This document shows, in pieces, positions 1 to 10,393 of a stretch of 64,000 nucleotides of DNA. This DNA is from a bacterium. Lineage in GTDB: Bacteria; Bacillota_I; Bacilli_A; RF39; UBA660. The notes beneath the pieces are model-generated. The model searched no databases. It was given only the letters and a program-made list of their open reading frames with translations, and had not been told where the DNA came from. Both the position numbers and the translations under genes were made by a program. The stretch covers positions 447 through 64,446 of the forward strand of contig JALFTB010000036.1 in NCBI GenBank assembly GCA_022779465.1, written 5' to 3'. Each line of letters begins with the position of its first letter. The first letter of the stretch is position 1.

Positions 1-671
1 ATTGAATCAGTATTATATTCAATGTTTTTATACCACCATACTCCTAGAGAATATCTTGGAATTAATAATGGCTTACCGGTTAGTTTAAAGTAATCTCTTA
101 AGCAAAAGCCAAAGTCTTTACGATACATAAATAAATAAGTATCTATTCTTTTATCACTTCTTCTGCCTAATGATCCATCTTGATTAAATAATAGACTTTG
201 TGAATCATCGATAGAAACAAAACCATCAGTTGAATATAATCCTTTTTGATATGTAGGATTACCTTCTATATTATCTAAAGAGTATGTTGTACCTCTAAAG
301 TTACGTGCTTCGGCAGCATCAAAATACCAGATTTTATCTGTACCATTTAAAACTACTTTTAAATTTTGATCTGGTGATACTTTGGAACCATAAAATGGTT
401 TATCTTTTTGATATTCTAGTTTAAAATATTTGGTTGTTATGGTTAGAAAGTTTTGATCTTCTTTAATAAAAAATTTAGGAACAGGAAAACGTCTGAATTC
501 AACTAATTCAGTAGGACGATCTTCAAAAGTTCCAGTTGGTGAATATTCTAATCTTAATAATACATCACTTAGAACAGTTATACGATAGTATCTACCAATG
601 CAAATTGCTTCTTTGTAGCTTTCTGCTTGTTCATAGTTTTTTATTGCAAAATGTTCTTTTAAACTAGCCAT
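1..671 (-). CDS. Glycoside hydrolase family 31-like protein, N-terminal part (continues beyond window edge)
   Basis: Frame is open from position 1 to ATG at 669-671, with SD AGGAAAGGG upstream. MASLKEHFAIKNYEQAESYKEAICIGRYYRITVLSD..LEYSPTGTFEDRPTE...IPRYSLGVWWYKN resembles the GH31 alpha-glucosidase/xylosidase N-terminal region. Absent from the ORF track because it has no in-window stop. Confidence 0.5.
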   Translation of the reverse strand, partial: MASLKEHFAIKNYEQAESYKEAICIGRYYRITVLSDVLLRLEYSPTGTFEDRPTELVEFRRFPVPKFFIKEDQNFLTITTKYFKLEYQKDKPFYGSKVSPDQNLKVVLNGTDKIWYFDAAEARNFRGTTYSLDNIEGNPTYQKGLYSTDGFVSIDDSQSLLFNQDGSLGRRSDKRIDTYLFMYRKDFGFCLRDYFKLTGKPLLIPRYSLGVWWYKNIEYNTDS

Positions 672-705
672 AGACAACCCTTTCCTATTATTTATATAAT
701 AACAC

Positions 706-732
706 AAATAAAAAGATGTAGCAATCTACATC
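706..732 (-). terminator. Intrinsic terminator of the 67-aa ORF
   Basis: GATGTAG/CTACATC stem (715-721 / 726-732) followed on the minus strand by a T-run. The stop codon lies inside the stem. Confidence 0.55.
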
Positions 733-929
733 ATACTCATTTCATTGGTTTTTGGTTTCATACCTGATAAAGTTTGAATAACGTTTTCCATAGTTAATGA
801 TTTACCTTCTAGTATTACTCTATCGATGGCTTCTTCAATTTGCTTATCAGTAATGCTGTCACTATTTTTAAAATTTGCTTTTAGAGCTGCTAGTTCTTCT
901 TCAGTATATGGTTTATTTATTTCATTCAT
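726..929 (-). CDS. Hypothetical small acidic protein (67 aa)
   Basis: ORF with its own SD (AGAAGG) and terminator. No recognisable motif. Confidence 0.5.
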   Translation of the reverse strand: MNEINKPYTEEELAALKANFKNSDSITDKQIEEAIDRVILEGKSLTMENVIQTLSGMKPKTNEMSMM

Positions 930-1020
930 ATTAATTACCTTCTATTTCAATTTAAAATTATCATATTATTTATTGTTTGTAAATTTATTTCGTATATACC
1001 ATGTAAATATAACAAAATAT

Positions 1021-1050
1021 TTGACAAATTACATATATTTAATATATAAT
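1021..1050 (+). promoter_or_regulatory. SigA-type promoter of rpsD
   Basis: TTGACA (1021-1026), 18-nt spacer, TATAAT (1045-1050). Confidence 0.6.
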
Positions 1051-1057
1051 ACTTATG

Positions 1058-1200
1058 CGTATTTAGGCAGGGTTCTAAATATTAGTAATGTGTTTATTTG
1101 AAATAACTTTAGTAACTTAAACTGCCTAAGGGAAAAAGATAATAAACACCCTATTAATTATTTAGAAATCTCTATTTCGCTAAAGAAAGGAGAAACTATT
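1058..1200 (+). promoter_or_regulatory. rpsD 5' leader, candidate S4 autoregulatory structure
   Basis: ~145-nt untranslated leader with long-range pairing TTAGGCAG (1063-1070) / CTGCCTAA (1122-1129). S4 autoregulation through the rpsD leader is established in B. subtilis. Confidence 0.4.
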
Positions 1201-1803
1201 ATGGCAAGATATACTGGTCCAGTTTATAAGAAAGCTCGTAGATTAGGATTTTCTGTTTTAGAAAATGGAAAAGAATTAGCTAGACGTCCTTATGCTCCTG
1301 GAATTCACGGAACAAGTAGAAGAAAAAAATTAAGTGAATATGGTATCCAATTAGAAGAAAAACAAAAAGTAAGATACATGTATGGTTTAACTGAAAAACA
1401 ATTTGCCCGTACTTTTGAAAGAGCTTCTAAGATGAAAGGTATTGCTGGTGAAAACTTACTAAGATTATTAGAAAGTAGACTTGACAATGTTGTTTATCGT
1501 ATGGGACTTGCTTCTACTAGACGTGGAGCTAGACAATTAGTTAACCATGGTCATATTACTGTTAATGGTGAAGGTGTTGATATTCCTTCTTATACAGTTA
1601 AACCTGGTTCTGTAATTTCTGTTAAAGAAAAATCTTTAAATCATCCAGCTATGAAACAAGCTTTAGAAAATACTTTAAATCGTCCTGCTTTTGTAGAATT
1701 TGACGATAAGAAGATGACAGGTACTTATTTAAGATATCCTGAAAGAAGCGAACTTAATGCTGATATTAATGAATCTTTAATTGTTGAATATTATAACAGA
1801 TAG
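1201..1803 (+). CDS. rpsD: 30S ribosomal protein S4
   Basis: [18 protein letters not shown]...; full-length S4 with S4 RNA-binding domain; SD AAGGAG. Confidence 0.97.
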   Translation: MARYTGPVYKKARRLGFSVLENGKELARRPYAPGIHGTSRRKKLSEYGIQLEEKQKVRYMYGLTEKQFARTFERASKMKGIAGENLLRLLESRLDNVVYRMGLASTRRGARQLVNHGHITVNGEGVDIPSYTVKPGSVISVKEKSLNHPAMKQALENTLNRPAFVEFDDKKMTGTYLRYPERSELNADINESLIVEYYNR

Positions 1804-1830
1804 AAAAAACCACTTATGTGGCTTTTTTTA
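1804..1830 (+). terminator. rpsD terminator
   Basis: CCAC-TTAT-GTGG hairpin extended by an A-run/T-run, then TTTTTTT. Confidence 0.55.
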
Positions 1831-1883
1831 TTTAAATTTTTAAGAGTATATGGTATTATATATAGAAATTTTGGGAGGTTTAT

Positions 1884-2843
1884 ATGGTTGAGGTTATGTT
1901 AAATAGACTAGCTGAAATAAGTTTTAAAATATTTGATGTATATAAAGAATTAGTTGATTTAGATTCTAATAAAAGAGATGATCCTAATTATAAAAATTTA
2001 AGAAAAGTTATTATTGATAAGATTGCTACTTTAAGAAGTGATGAAGAAGAAATTTATGATGAGCTTAGAAAAGATCCAGGATTAGCTGCATCATGCCTTT
2101 TTTATTTTAATCAAAGAAGAGGTGATGCTCAAAGAGTTAATAATTCTTTGCATGTTATAGATTTAGATAAGGATTATACTGTTGTTCAAGAAAGAATTCA
2201 AAGTACTTTAGAAATATTATGTATACAAGAAGGAATTGTAACTACTTATATTAATAATCCATTTATTGATTATTTATGCAGTGAGATGAAAGATCTTGAT
2301 AGAAAAGAAGTTATTAATATTTTTGTATTATTGCAAAAAAGATTTACAACTAATTTAACACTTAAAAGTTTTAAATTTTCTGATGATTTCTTTAAAGATG
2401 TTGATGATAAAAAACTTATTACTAATACTGTTAACAGAAAGCATATAAGATCTTTTGCTGATAGGGATGTTGAAAAAGATCGTTTAAAAAATGGTTTTGA
2501 TGGTTATACAATGAGACTCAGAGAAGAAGTTAAAAACGAATATGGTATTGATGAAGAAATTATGACTTTATTATATGAATTTACAGCTCTTCAATTCATA
2601 AAGGAAAGTTTACCAATTTTATTTAAAAGTCGTATTGATAATTCTAGTGTATCTATATTATTGGATATTCAAAGTGCCCTACTTTATTTAGATGATGATT
2701 CTTTAAAAACTATCTATTTAGCTGCTCTTTTGTGGAAACCTGAAGATGAATTAACTAAGAATACTTTACTTGAAGCAATTAAATTAACTGAAGATAAGAA
2801 AAAGTTATTTAATTCTGATTTAGATACTACTAAGGATTTCTAG
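1884..2843 (+). CDS. Hypothetical acidic helical protein, tandem paralog A (319 aa)
   Basis: SD GGGAGG 6 nt upstream. Shares N- and C-terminal sequence patterns with the next ORF. No TM segment and no known motif. Confidence 0.7.
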   Translation: MVEVMLNRLAEISFKIFDVYKELVDLDSNKRDDPNYKNLRKVIIDKIATLRSDEEEIYDELRKDPGLAASCLFYFNQRRGDAQRVNNSLHVIDLDKDYTVVQERIQSTLEILCIQEGIVTTYINNPFIDYLCSEMKDLDRKEVINIFVLLQKRFTTNLTLKSFKFSDDFFKDVDDKKLITNTVNRKHIRSFADRDVEKDRLKNGFDGYTMRLREEVKNEYGIDEEIMTLLYEFTALQFIKESLPILFKSRIDNSSVSILLDIQSALLYLDDDSLKTIYLAALLWKPEDELTKNTLLEAIKLTEDKKKLFNSDLDTTKDF

Positions 2844-2851
2844 GAGAATTT

Positions 2852-3829
2852 ATGAAATTTACTACACTTAAAATATTAGACGTCATTTGTAAAATTACAG
2901 AAGAAATTTTTGATGTTTATGGTGATTTAACTGAGTTAGAGAATAATAATAAAAAAAATACATCTGAATTTAAAGATACTTTAGAAAAACTATGTTTGTT
3001 AAGAGATAGAGAATTAGAATTATATAAATATTTTATGAGAGATTTAAAGGAAGCTTGTAAGGCGGTTGAATATTTAACTAGACGTTCTGATAAGTCTTTA
3101 GAGGCTGCTACTAGTGTAACTATTGATGCTGATGAAAAAGAAATTAAGCAGTATAGAATTATTAGCAAATTACATTTAATAGCATTAATGGATGATAATT
3201 ATTTTTTAAATGATGTTGATGAAGATTTGTTATCTTTGGCTGATGGTAAAAATAATATGGACTTCTTACATGATGCTTGGGTAATGGATGCTCAGGAAAT
3301 TAATTATAGAACGGTTTCGTTTTTAGATCAATTTAAGGATGATGACCCTATAGAATATACTAGTGCAAGGAATATAATGTCTTTTGTTACTCCTTTAATT
3401 GAAACAGAATTTTGTAATAATGGTTTTAGAAGAATAAAAAGAGATTTTGATAAAAAAATTATTAAAACATATCCTGGAGTTTCTGATGATTTTATTAGTT
3501 ATGTTCATAGTATTAGAGGATTAGATAATGCCTGTATGGTAGCTGGAGTTTTATTAGATTATTCTGATGCTGATTTAGATGATCCAGATGAACTAATTAA
3601 TTTTAATATTTTATTAGCTGAATTTAAGGCAAGTTTATTACTTTTAGATGAAAGTGCTTTAGAAGGTCTTAGAGATGAAGTTAATGATATTGCTGCTAAT
3701 TTTCGTCATTCGGATGAATATGAAGAATATGAAAGAAGTAAAGAAATTGTTGATGATACAATAGCTGATATAAGTAATGATAAGAAATTTGCTAATGAGG
3801 ATATTGATTTTGGATATGAAAAAAAGTGA
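2852..3829 (+). CDS. Hypothetical acidic helical protein, tandem paralog B (325 aa)
   Basis: SD AGGAG; starts 8 nt after paralog A. Shared motifs: FDVY..L..L, LR..E.E.Y, ILL....LL.LD. Confidence 0.7.
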   Translation: MKFTTLKILDVICKITEEIFDVYGDLTELENNNKKNTSEFKDTLEKLCLLRDRELELYKYFMRDLKEACKAVEYLTRRSDKSLEAATSVTIDADEKEIKQYRIISKLHLIALMDDNYFLNDVDEDLLSLADGKNNMDFLHDAWVMDAQEINYRTVSFLDQFKDDDPIEYTSARNIMSFVTPLIETEFCNNGFRRIKRDFDKKIIKTYPGVSDDFISYVHSIRGLDNACMVAGVLLDYSDADLDDPDELINFNILLAEFKASLLLLDESALEGLRDEVNDIAANFRHSDEYEEYERSKEIVDDTIADISNDKKFANEDIDFGYEKK

Positions 3830-3851
3830 TTTTTTGTTAATCACTTTTTTA
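3821..3851. terminator. Bidirectional terminator between paralog B and ileS
   Basis: AGTGATT/AATCACT 7-bp stem (3825-3831 / 3839-3845) flanked by an A-run and a T-run. Confidence 0.65.
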
Positions 3852-6569
3852 TTTTGTTTCTTTTAAGATTTCTGAACATCTATGACAAATATCACCATCT
3901 AGTTCATCAACATAGTTCCAGCATCTATTACATTTTTGACCATTACTCTTTAATACTTCTACTCTAATTGTTGAAGCTTTAGGTAAGGTTTCATCATCAG
4001 TAAATTCAACTTTTGAAACAATTAATAATTGATGTAAATATTTTTCTAATTGTTCCCTAACTGGTTTATATTTTTCGCCTAAGTTTAGTTTTACTTCAGC
4101 TTCTAGAGATGAACCAATTACTTTTTCGTTTCTAGCTTCTTCTAGAGCTTTAAATACATCATCTTTAACATCAAAGAATAATTCCCATAATTTTGAATCA
4201 AATTCATAAGTTGGTGCTTCTGGCATGTCATTTAAATGAACGCTTTCTAGTTTTTCACCAGGAATAAATCTATAAACTTCTTCTGATGTATATGGTAAGA
4301 TTGGTGCAAGTAATACTACTAAATCTTTAAGGATATTATATAGAACTGTTTGAACACTTCTTCTTACTAGTGAATCTTCTTTTTCAATGTATAGAATATC
4401 TTTAGTAAAATCTAAATAGAAATTAGATAATTTAAATGTTATAAAGTTATTTGTTGTTTTATAAACATTTTGATATTCATATTTTTCATAATATGATTTG
4501 ATATCTTTAACATAGTTAGATAATTCATTCATCATATATTTATCATATGGTAACATATCTTCATATTTAACAGCATCTTTTGATGGATCAAAGTTATTTA
4601 GGTTACCTAACATAAATTTATAAGTATTTCTAATTTTACGATAACTTTCTTGAACTTGTTTTAAGATTTCATCACCTATTCTAACATCTTCTGTATAGTC
4701 AGTTGATGATACCCATAATCTTAGAACGTCGGCACCACGTTTTTTAATTTCTTCTAGTGGGTCAATTCCGTTTCCTAAACTCTTTGACATTTTATTGCCT
4801 TTAGCATCTAGGGTAAATCCGTGAGAGATACATTCTTTATATGGGCTTTGGCCATGCATTGCTACTCCACAAATTAATGATGAGTTGAACCATCCACGAT
4901 ATTGGTCTGATCCTTCTAAATAAACGTCTGCAGGATAATCTAAACCTCTTGCACATAAAACGCCGGTATGTGTTGTTCCTGAATCAAACCATACGTCCAT
5001 AATGTCTTGTTCTTTTGTGAATTTACCATTTGGACTTGCTGGGTTAGTATAACCTTCAGGTAATAGGTCTTTGGCATCTTTTTCAAACCAATAATTTGAA
5101 CCATGTTCTCTAAATAAATCAGCAACATGCATCATTACATCATAATCTAAAATTGGTGAACCATCTTCGTTATAGAAAATTGGTAGTGGTACTCCCCAAA
5201 CTCTTTGTCTAGAAATACACCAGTCACCACGGCCTTCAATCATGTTGTGTAATCTTACTTTACCCCATTCTGGATGCCATTTAATGTTATTTTCAATTTC
5301 ATTTAAGATTTCATCTTTAATTGGAGCAATTGAACAGAACCATTGAGCAGTAGCTCTAAATACTACTGGTTTTTTAGTTCTCCAGTCATGTGGATATGAG
5401 TGGGTAATACTCTTAACGCATAATAAGACACCTAATTCATTTAATTTTGTAATAACAGCTTTATTAGCATCTTCAAAGTATAATCCTGCAAATTCTCCAG
5501 ATTCTTTATTTAATTTACCATCATCATCGATACCGAATACCATTTCTAGGTTATATTTTTTACCTAAGATAAAATCGGCATCACCATAACTTGGAGCAGT
5601 ATGTACTAAACCAGTACCAGCATCTAATGTTACTTCATCACCTAGAACAACTGGACTAATACGATCCATAAATACGTGATGATATTTAACTCCTTCTAAT
5701 TTACTTCCTAAGAATGTTTCTAATACTTTAACATTTTCCCATTTAAAGTCATTTTTAAGGCTATCTAATAACATACTTGCTACTACATAGTTTTTACCGT
5801 CTACTTCTACTTTTACGTAGTCAAAATCAGCTCCAACAGCGATAGCGGTATTTCCAGGTAATGTCCAAGGTGTTGTTGTCCAGATAACTAGGTTATCGCC
5901 TTTTTGAACATATTCGTTACCTTCTTCAACAGGGAATGCAACAAAGATTGATGCATCAGTTCTATCTTTATATTCGATTTCAGCTTCAGCTAAGGCAGAT
6001 TCTGATGATGGTGACCAATAAACTGGTTTCATTCCTTTAAAGATTAGTCCTTTTTTAGCCATTGTAGCGAATACTTCAATTTGTTTTGCTTCTAATTCAT
6101 GTTGGAAGGTTGCATAATAGTTATCCCAGTCTGCTAAAACATTTAATTTTTTAAATCCTTCCATCTGGGTAGCTATTTGTTTTTTAGCGTATTCTTCACA
6201 TATATTTCTGAATTCAGCTTTACTTAATGATTTTCTGTCTACTCCACTATTAGTTACTGCTTGTTCAATTGGAAGTCCATGAGTATCCCATCCAGGAATA
6301 TAAATCATATCTCTTCCACTCATCATGGCATATCTATTAACAAAATCTTTCAAAATTTTATTCATAGCATGTCCGATATGAATTGATCCATTAGCATATG
6401 GGGGACCATCATGTAATACGAATGGTTTTCTTCCTTTATTTTTTTCTCTTACTTTGTTATAAAGGTCCATTTCCTCCCATTTTGCTCTTTGAATTGCTTC
6501 ATTTTCAGGTAAATTACCTTTCATTTGAAATTCTGTTTTTGGCATTAAAAGTGTTTCTTTATAATCCAT
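3849..6569 (-). CDS. ileS: Isoleucine--tRNA ligase
   Basis: 906 aa with HIGH (PYANGSIHIGH) and KMSKS motifs and a C-terminal Zn-finger CxxC pair. Confidence 0.98.
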   Translation of the reverse strand: MDYKETLLMPKTEFQMKGNLPENEAIQRAKWEEMDLYNKVREKNKGRKPFVLHDGPPYANGSIHIGHAMNKILKDFVNRYAMMSGRDMIYIPGWDTHGLPIEQAVTNSGVDRKSLSKAEFRNICEEYAKKQIATQMEGFKKLNVLADWDNYYATFQHELEAKQIEVFATMAKKGLIFKGMKPVYWSPSSESALAEAEIEYKDRTDASIFVAFPVEEGNEYVQKGDNLVIWTTTPWTLPGNTAIAVGADFDYVKVEVDGKNYVVASMLLDSLKNDFKWENVKVLETFLGSKLEGVKYHHVFMDRISPVVLGDEVTLDAGTGLVHTAPSYGDADFILGKKYNLEMVFGIDDDGKLNKESGEFAGLYFEDANKAVITKLNELGVLLCVKSITHSYPHDWRTKKPVVFRATAQWFCSIAPIKDEILNEIENNIKWHPEWGKVRLHNMIEGRGDWCISRQRVWGVPLPIFYNEDGSPILDYDVMMHVADLFREHGSNYWFEKDAKDLLPEGYTNPASPNGKFTKEQDIMDVWFDSGTTHTGVLCARGLDYPADVYLEGSDQYRGWFNSSLICGVAMHGQSPYKECISHGFTLDAKGNKMSKSLGNGIDPLEEIKKRGADVLRLWVSSTDYTEDVRIGDEILKQVQESYRKIRNTYKFMLGNLNNFDPSKDAVKYEDMLPYDKYMMNELSNYVKDIKSYYEKYEYQNVYKTTNNFITFKLSNFYLDFTKDILYIEKEDSLVRRSVQTVLYNILKDLVVLLAPILPYTSEEVYRFIPGEKLESVHLNDMPEAPTYEFDSKLWELFFDVKDDVFKALEEARNEKVIGSSLEAEVKLNLGEKYKPVREQLEKYLHQLLIVSKVEFTDDETLPKASTIRVEVLKSNGQKCNRCWNYVDELDGDICHRCSEILKETK

Positions 6570-6574
6570 TTTCT

Positions 6575-6806
6575 TTCCTCCTTAAAATAAAAAAAGTTCA
6601 TAAGTCTAAGGACGCGTTACCGTGGTACCACCTTAGTTTATGAACGTATTCATTCTCTTACTCTTAACGTGAGTTATTCGGATTACCTTTATCGGATAAT
6701 CGCATCAGAAGTGATCTACAAAATAACCAGTATACTTACTTTCACCATTATGTAAGCTCTCTAAATACCTTTATATTTTGACGTCTTCATCAATTGCTTT
6801 ATGTAT
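6575..6806 (-). promoter_or_regulatory. T-box leader, Ile-specific (AUC specifier), with terminator
   Basis: Minus strand shows an AGAGAG box, a GGTGAAAG distal loop, specifier AUC-A at 6715-6713, and the T-box sequence AAGGTGGTACCACG (6621-6632). Terminator GTTCATAAACTAAGG...CCTTAGACTTATGAAC plus U7 at 6589-6645. Confidence 0.85.
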
Positions 6807-6809
6807 TTC

Positions 6810-6838
6810 ATTATATTCTTAAAGTTTGATTTTGTCAA
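6810..6838 (-). promoter_or_regulatory. SigA-type promoter of the ileS T-box leader
   Basis: TTGACA (6838-6833), 17 nt, TATAAT (6815-6810). The -35 box abuts the truB stop codon. Confidence 0.6.
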
Positions 6839-7690
6839 TTAAAACATGATAAATGGTTTAATTTTATTATTTTGATATGGTTTATATAAAGCAATATTTT
6901 GATTATTATACTTATATAAAATATATTTATTTGTTTGATAATCTATTATTTGACCATTTTTTATTTTAAATAACATCTCTTCATTTATATTAATAGTGTC
7001 TAAATCAATTAAATCTTCTAGAGATAATATTTTATAATTATCATTTTGAATATCTTCTAGGGTATAGGATTCTTCAATCGTAAATTTATCTAATTTAGTT
7101 CTTATTAATTTTGTCATGGTTGCATTAGTATTTAATTTTAAACCAATGTCTCTGATTAAGCTTCTTATATAGGTTCCTTTAGATACTTTGGTTTTAATGG
7201 TTAAACATTCGTTATCTATATTTAATAATTCTATATCATAGATATTAACTTCTCTTTTAGGAAGGGTTATTTCTTCATTATTACGGGCATATTCATATAA
7301 CTTTTTACCATTTATTTTAACTGCTGAATAAATTGGTACTTCTTGGTTATAGGTTCCTTTAAATGAAAGAATTGTTTTTTGAATTTCCTCCTTAGTTAAG
7401 TTAACTTTTTCTTCTTTTAAAATTTTACCTGTTATATCTAAGGTATCTGTCAGGATGCCTAATTTGAAGGAAGCAATGTATTCTTTATCATGATTTATAA
7501 GAATATCAGTTAGTTTGGTATATTTACCAATTAAACATACTAATACTCCTTCGGCAATTGGATCAAGCGTACCTATATGACCAATAGATTTTGTATTAAA
7601 TTTTTTATTTAAGATATTAATAACATCTCTACTGGTCATATTAGGGGCTTTATTAACAATTATTGCACCTTGCATATTATTTGTTTTCAT
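6839..7690 (-). CDS. truB: tRNA pseudouridine(55) synthase TruB
   Basis: GTLDPIAEGVL catalytic-Asp motif. The start could instead be the ATG at 7675 (MQGAIIVNKAP). Confidence 0.93.
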   Translation of the reverse strand: MKTNNMQGAIIVNKAPNMTSRDVINILNKKFNTKSIGHIGTLDPIAEGVLVCLIGKYTKLTDILINHDKEYIASFKLGILTDTLDITGKILKEEKVNLTKEEIQKTILSFKGTYNQEVPIYSAVKINGKKLYEYARNNEEITLPKREVNIYDIELLNIDNECLTIKTKVSKGTYIRSLIRDIGLKLNTNATMTKLIRTKLDKFTIEESYTLEDIQNDNYKILSLEDLIDLDTININEEMLFKIKNGQIIDYQTNKYILYKYNNQNIALYKPYQNNKIKPFIMF

Positions 7691-8024
7691 TATGGATTTC
7701 TTCGATTATTTCATCGATATGTTCTCCATATTCAGTTGATTCATCATAGACGAATCTTAGTTCTGGAGTTGTTCTTAAATCCATTCTTTTTGCTAATTCT
7801 GTTCTTAAAAATGATGATGCATTTTTAAGTTCTGCAGCAATGGTAACTTTGTCATAGTCTCCTAGAAAGGTATAATATACTTTTGCTAGGCTTAAGTCGT
7901 TAGTTACTCTTGCATCTATGATGGTAACATTTTTTAGAATTTCATTGTGTACTTCTTCATAAAATATTGAAGATAATTCTCTAACTATTTGAGAAGCAAT
8001 GCGTTCTAATTTAATATTACTCAT
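7677..8024 (-). CDS. rbfA: Ribosome-binding factor A
   Basis: 115 aa with the typical RbfA pattern (RIASQIVRELSSIF..VTNDLSLAKVYY). Overlaps the infB stop (ATGA). Confidence 0.93.
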   Translation of the reverse strand: MSNIKLERIASQIVRELSSIFYEEVHNEILKNVTIIDARVTNDLSLAKVYYTFLGDYDKVTIAAELKNASSFLRTELAKRMDLRTTPELRFVYDESTEYGEHIDEIIEEIHNENK

Positions 8025-10123
8025 GCTCTTTTCACCTCTACCATTTCATAGGTTTCGAATACATCTTTTTCTTTAATATCATTAAAGTTTTCAATTGTGA
8101 TTCCACATTCAAAACCATTTTTAACTTCTTTAACTGTATCTTTTTCTCTTTGTAATGAAGATATTACGCCGTCATAAATAATTACTCCATCTCTGATAAT
8201 TCTTACTTGAGATTTATTTTTAATTAGTCCTGATGTTACGATTACACCAGCGATTGTTCCAACTTTACTAAATTTAAATAATTTTTTAACTTCAGCATTA
8301 CCAGTAACTTTTTCTTCATATTCTGGATCTAGCATACCTTTCATGGCTGCTTCCATTTCTTCAACTAATTTATAGATTATTTGATATAGTCTAATTTCTA
8401 CGTTGTAACGTTTTGCTACTTCTTTAGTTATTGCTGATGGAATAACATTAAAGCCAATTACGATAGCATTTGAAGCATTTGCTAAAACGATATCGCTTTC
8501 GGTAATAGTTCCAATTCCACTTCTAATAACTTTAATTTTAACGCCTTCAACGTCGATTTTTTCAAGTGAGTTTTTAACTGCTTCTTCGGAACCTCTAACA
8601 TCACATTTTAAGACAACATTGATTTCTTTAACTCCACTTTGAATTTTGTTAAATAAATCTTCAAATGATACTACTTCTTTCTTTTGTGATTTGTTTTTAG
8701 AAGCGATTAATCTCTTTTCAGCTACTTCACGAGCTTGTTTTTCAGTTTCGAAAGCCATAAATTTATCACCAGCAGATGGATTATCATTTAAACCAGTTAT
8801 TTCAACTGGAGTACTTGGTCCAGCACTAATGATATTTTCACCTTTATCATTTCTTAGGGTTCTGATACGACCATGAGTAGTTCCAACTACTACATAATCT
8901 CCTAATCTTAATGTACCATTTTGAATTAATAAGCTAGCTACACCGCCGATATTTTTATCGATTCTTGATTCAATAACAGTACCAATTGCATATCTATTTG
9001 GGTTTGCTTTTAGTTCTCTTACTTCGGCAATTGTAGCTACTGTTTCTAGTAAATCATCAATTCCCATTCCGGTTTTAGCAGAAATATTAACAAATGGAAT
9101 ATCGCCACCCCATGCTTCTGGAGTAACATTTAAAGCTGCCATTTCTTCCATTATTTTATCTGGTCTAGCATCGGCTTTATCCATTTTATTAACTGCTACT
9201 ACAATGGGAACGTTTGCTGATAAGGCATGATCGATTGCTTCTTTGGTTTGAGGCATTACACCATCATCAGCTGCTACTACGATAATTACAATATCAGTTA
9301 CACTAGCACCTCTAGCACGCATTTCCGTAAATGCAGCATGTCCTGGGGTATCTATAAATGTTATTTTTTTATCTTTGTATGTTATTTGATATGCACCGAT
9401 TGCTTGAGTGATACCACCAGCTTCTCCTTCAGCTACATTAGAATTTCTAATATAATCTAAAAGAGTTGTTTTACCATGGTCAACATGTCCCATAACAGTA
9501 ATTACTGGGGGTCTATCTACTAAGTCTTCAGCTTTATCAACAATTTCATATTCTTCAAAATTAGTGATATCTTGAGTTTCACTTTTCTTTAAGGTTTTAC
9601 CATAATCAAGAGTTAGAATTTCAGCTGTTTCAAAATCAATTGTTTGATTTAAATTTAGCATTGTTCCTAAACTCATTAATTTTTTAATTATTTCAGCATT
9701 GTTTATTCCTAAACTTTCAGCTAATTTGCCTACTGTCATTCCTTCTTCATAAACAACAATATTTTCATCAGCAACATTATTAGCTAGTTTAGTTTTATTT
9801 TTATACATTGCTTTTTTCTTTTTTAAATAATCATTATTATCTTTATTATTTTGATTATTTTTCTTTTTTAATTTTTGCTTTTTTACTGTATAATCCTTTT
9901 GGTCTCCTAAAATTTCATCTACAGCATCATCTAGAGCATCGATATCATCGAAATTTGCTTCACTATCAGTACTAATTAAATTCATTGAATTATCTAGCAT
10001 TATGATGTCATCATCTGATAACATGAAATTTCCATCATTTGCTTTAATACCTAATTCCTTACATTGATTTAATACTTCTTGAATTGTAAAATTCATTTCG
10101 TTTGCATAATCTTTAATACTCAT
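8021..10123 (-). CDS. infB: Translation initiation factor IF-2
   Basis: GTPase G1 [12 protein letters not shown] and DTPGH. Track start (GTG 10132) trimmed to ATG 10123, which follows SD AGAGGTGA. Confidence 0.96.
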   Translation of the reverse strand: MSIKDYANEMNFTIQEVLNQCKELGIKANDGNFMLSDDDIIMLDNSMNLISTDSEANFDDIDALDDAVDEILGDQKDYTVKKQKLKKKNNQNNKDNNDYLKKKKAMYKNKTKLANNVADENIVVYEEGMTVGKLAESLGINNAEIIKKLMSLGTMLNLNQTIDFETAEILTLDYGKTLKKSETQDITNFEEYEIVDKAEDLVDRPPVITVMGHVDHGKTTLLDYIRNSNVAEGEAGGITQAIGAYQITYKDKKITFIDTPGHAAFTEMRARGASVTDIVIIVVAADDGVMPQTKEAIDHALSANVPIVVAVNKMDKADARPDKIMEEMAALNVTPEAWGGDIPFVNISAKTGMGIDDLLETVATIAEVRELKANPNRYAIGTVIESRIDKNIGGVASLLIQNGTLRLGDYVVVGTTHGRIRTLRNDKGENIISAGPSTPVEITGLNDNPSAGDKFMAFETEKQAREVAEKRLIASKNKSQKKEVVSFEDLFNKIQSGVKEINVVLKCDVRGSEEAVKNSLEKIDVEGVKIKVIRSGIGTITESDIVLANASNAIVIGFNVIPSAITKEVAKRYNVEIRLYQIIYKLVEEMEAAMKGMLDPEYEEKVTGNAEVKKLFKFSKVGTIAGVIVTSGLIKNKSQVRIIRDGVIIYDGVISSLQREKDTVKEVKNGFECGITIENFNDIKEKDVFETYEMVEVKRA

Positions 10124-10138
10124 AAGAGTCACCTCTTT

Positions 10139-10393
10139 CTATAATAATTTTAATAATTCATCATATATTTCATTATTTACATCCATTTCAAATATATGAT
10201 TTAAGATTTTTTTCTTTCTTGCTGTTTCAATTATTTCAGCATCCTTTTTTAAATAACAACCTTTGCCATTTTGTTTTCCAGTTAAATCAATATTAACTTT
10301 TCCATCAGAGCATACTACTCTAATTAGTTCTTGCTTTGGTAATTTTTCTTTTGATACTATGCACATACGCATAGGTATTTTTCTAGTTTTCAT
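10139..10393 (-). CDS. ylxR: YlxR/DUF448 RNA-binding protein
   Basis: RMCIVSKEKLPKQELIRVV...GKGCYL; conserved position between nusA and infB. No ylxQ (L7Ae-like) gene follows. Confidence 0.85.
   Translation of the reverse strand: MKTRKIPMRMCIVSKEKLPKQELIRVVCSDGKVNIDLTGKQNGKGCYLKKDAEIIETARKKKILNHIFEMDVNNEIYDELLKLL

Noticed and set aside
6398-6643. 81-aa plus-strand ORF spanning the ileS start and the T-box.
   Set aside because: It lies antisense to ileS and to a well-defined T-box leader, so it is not credible as a gene. The same logic applies to 16986-17168 across the infC leader.
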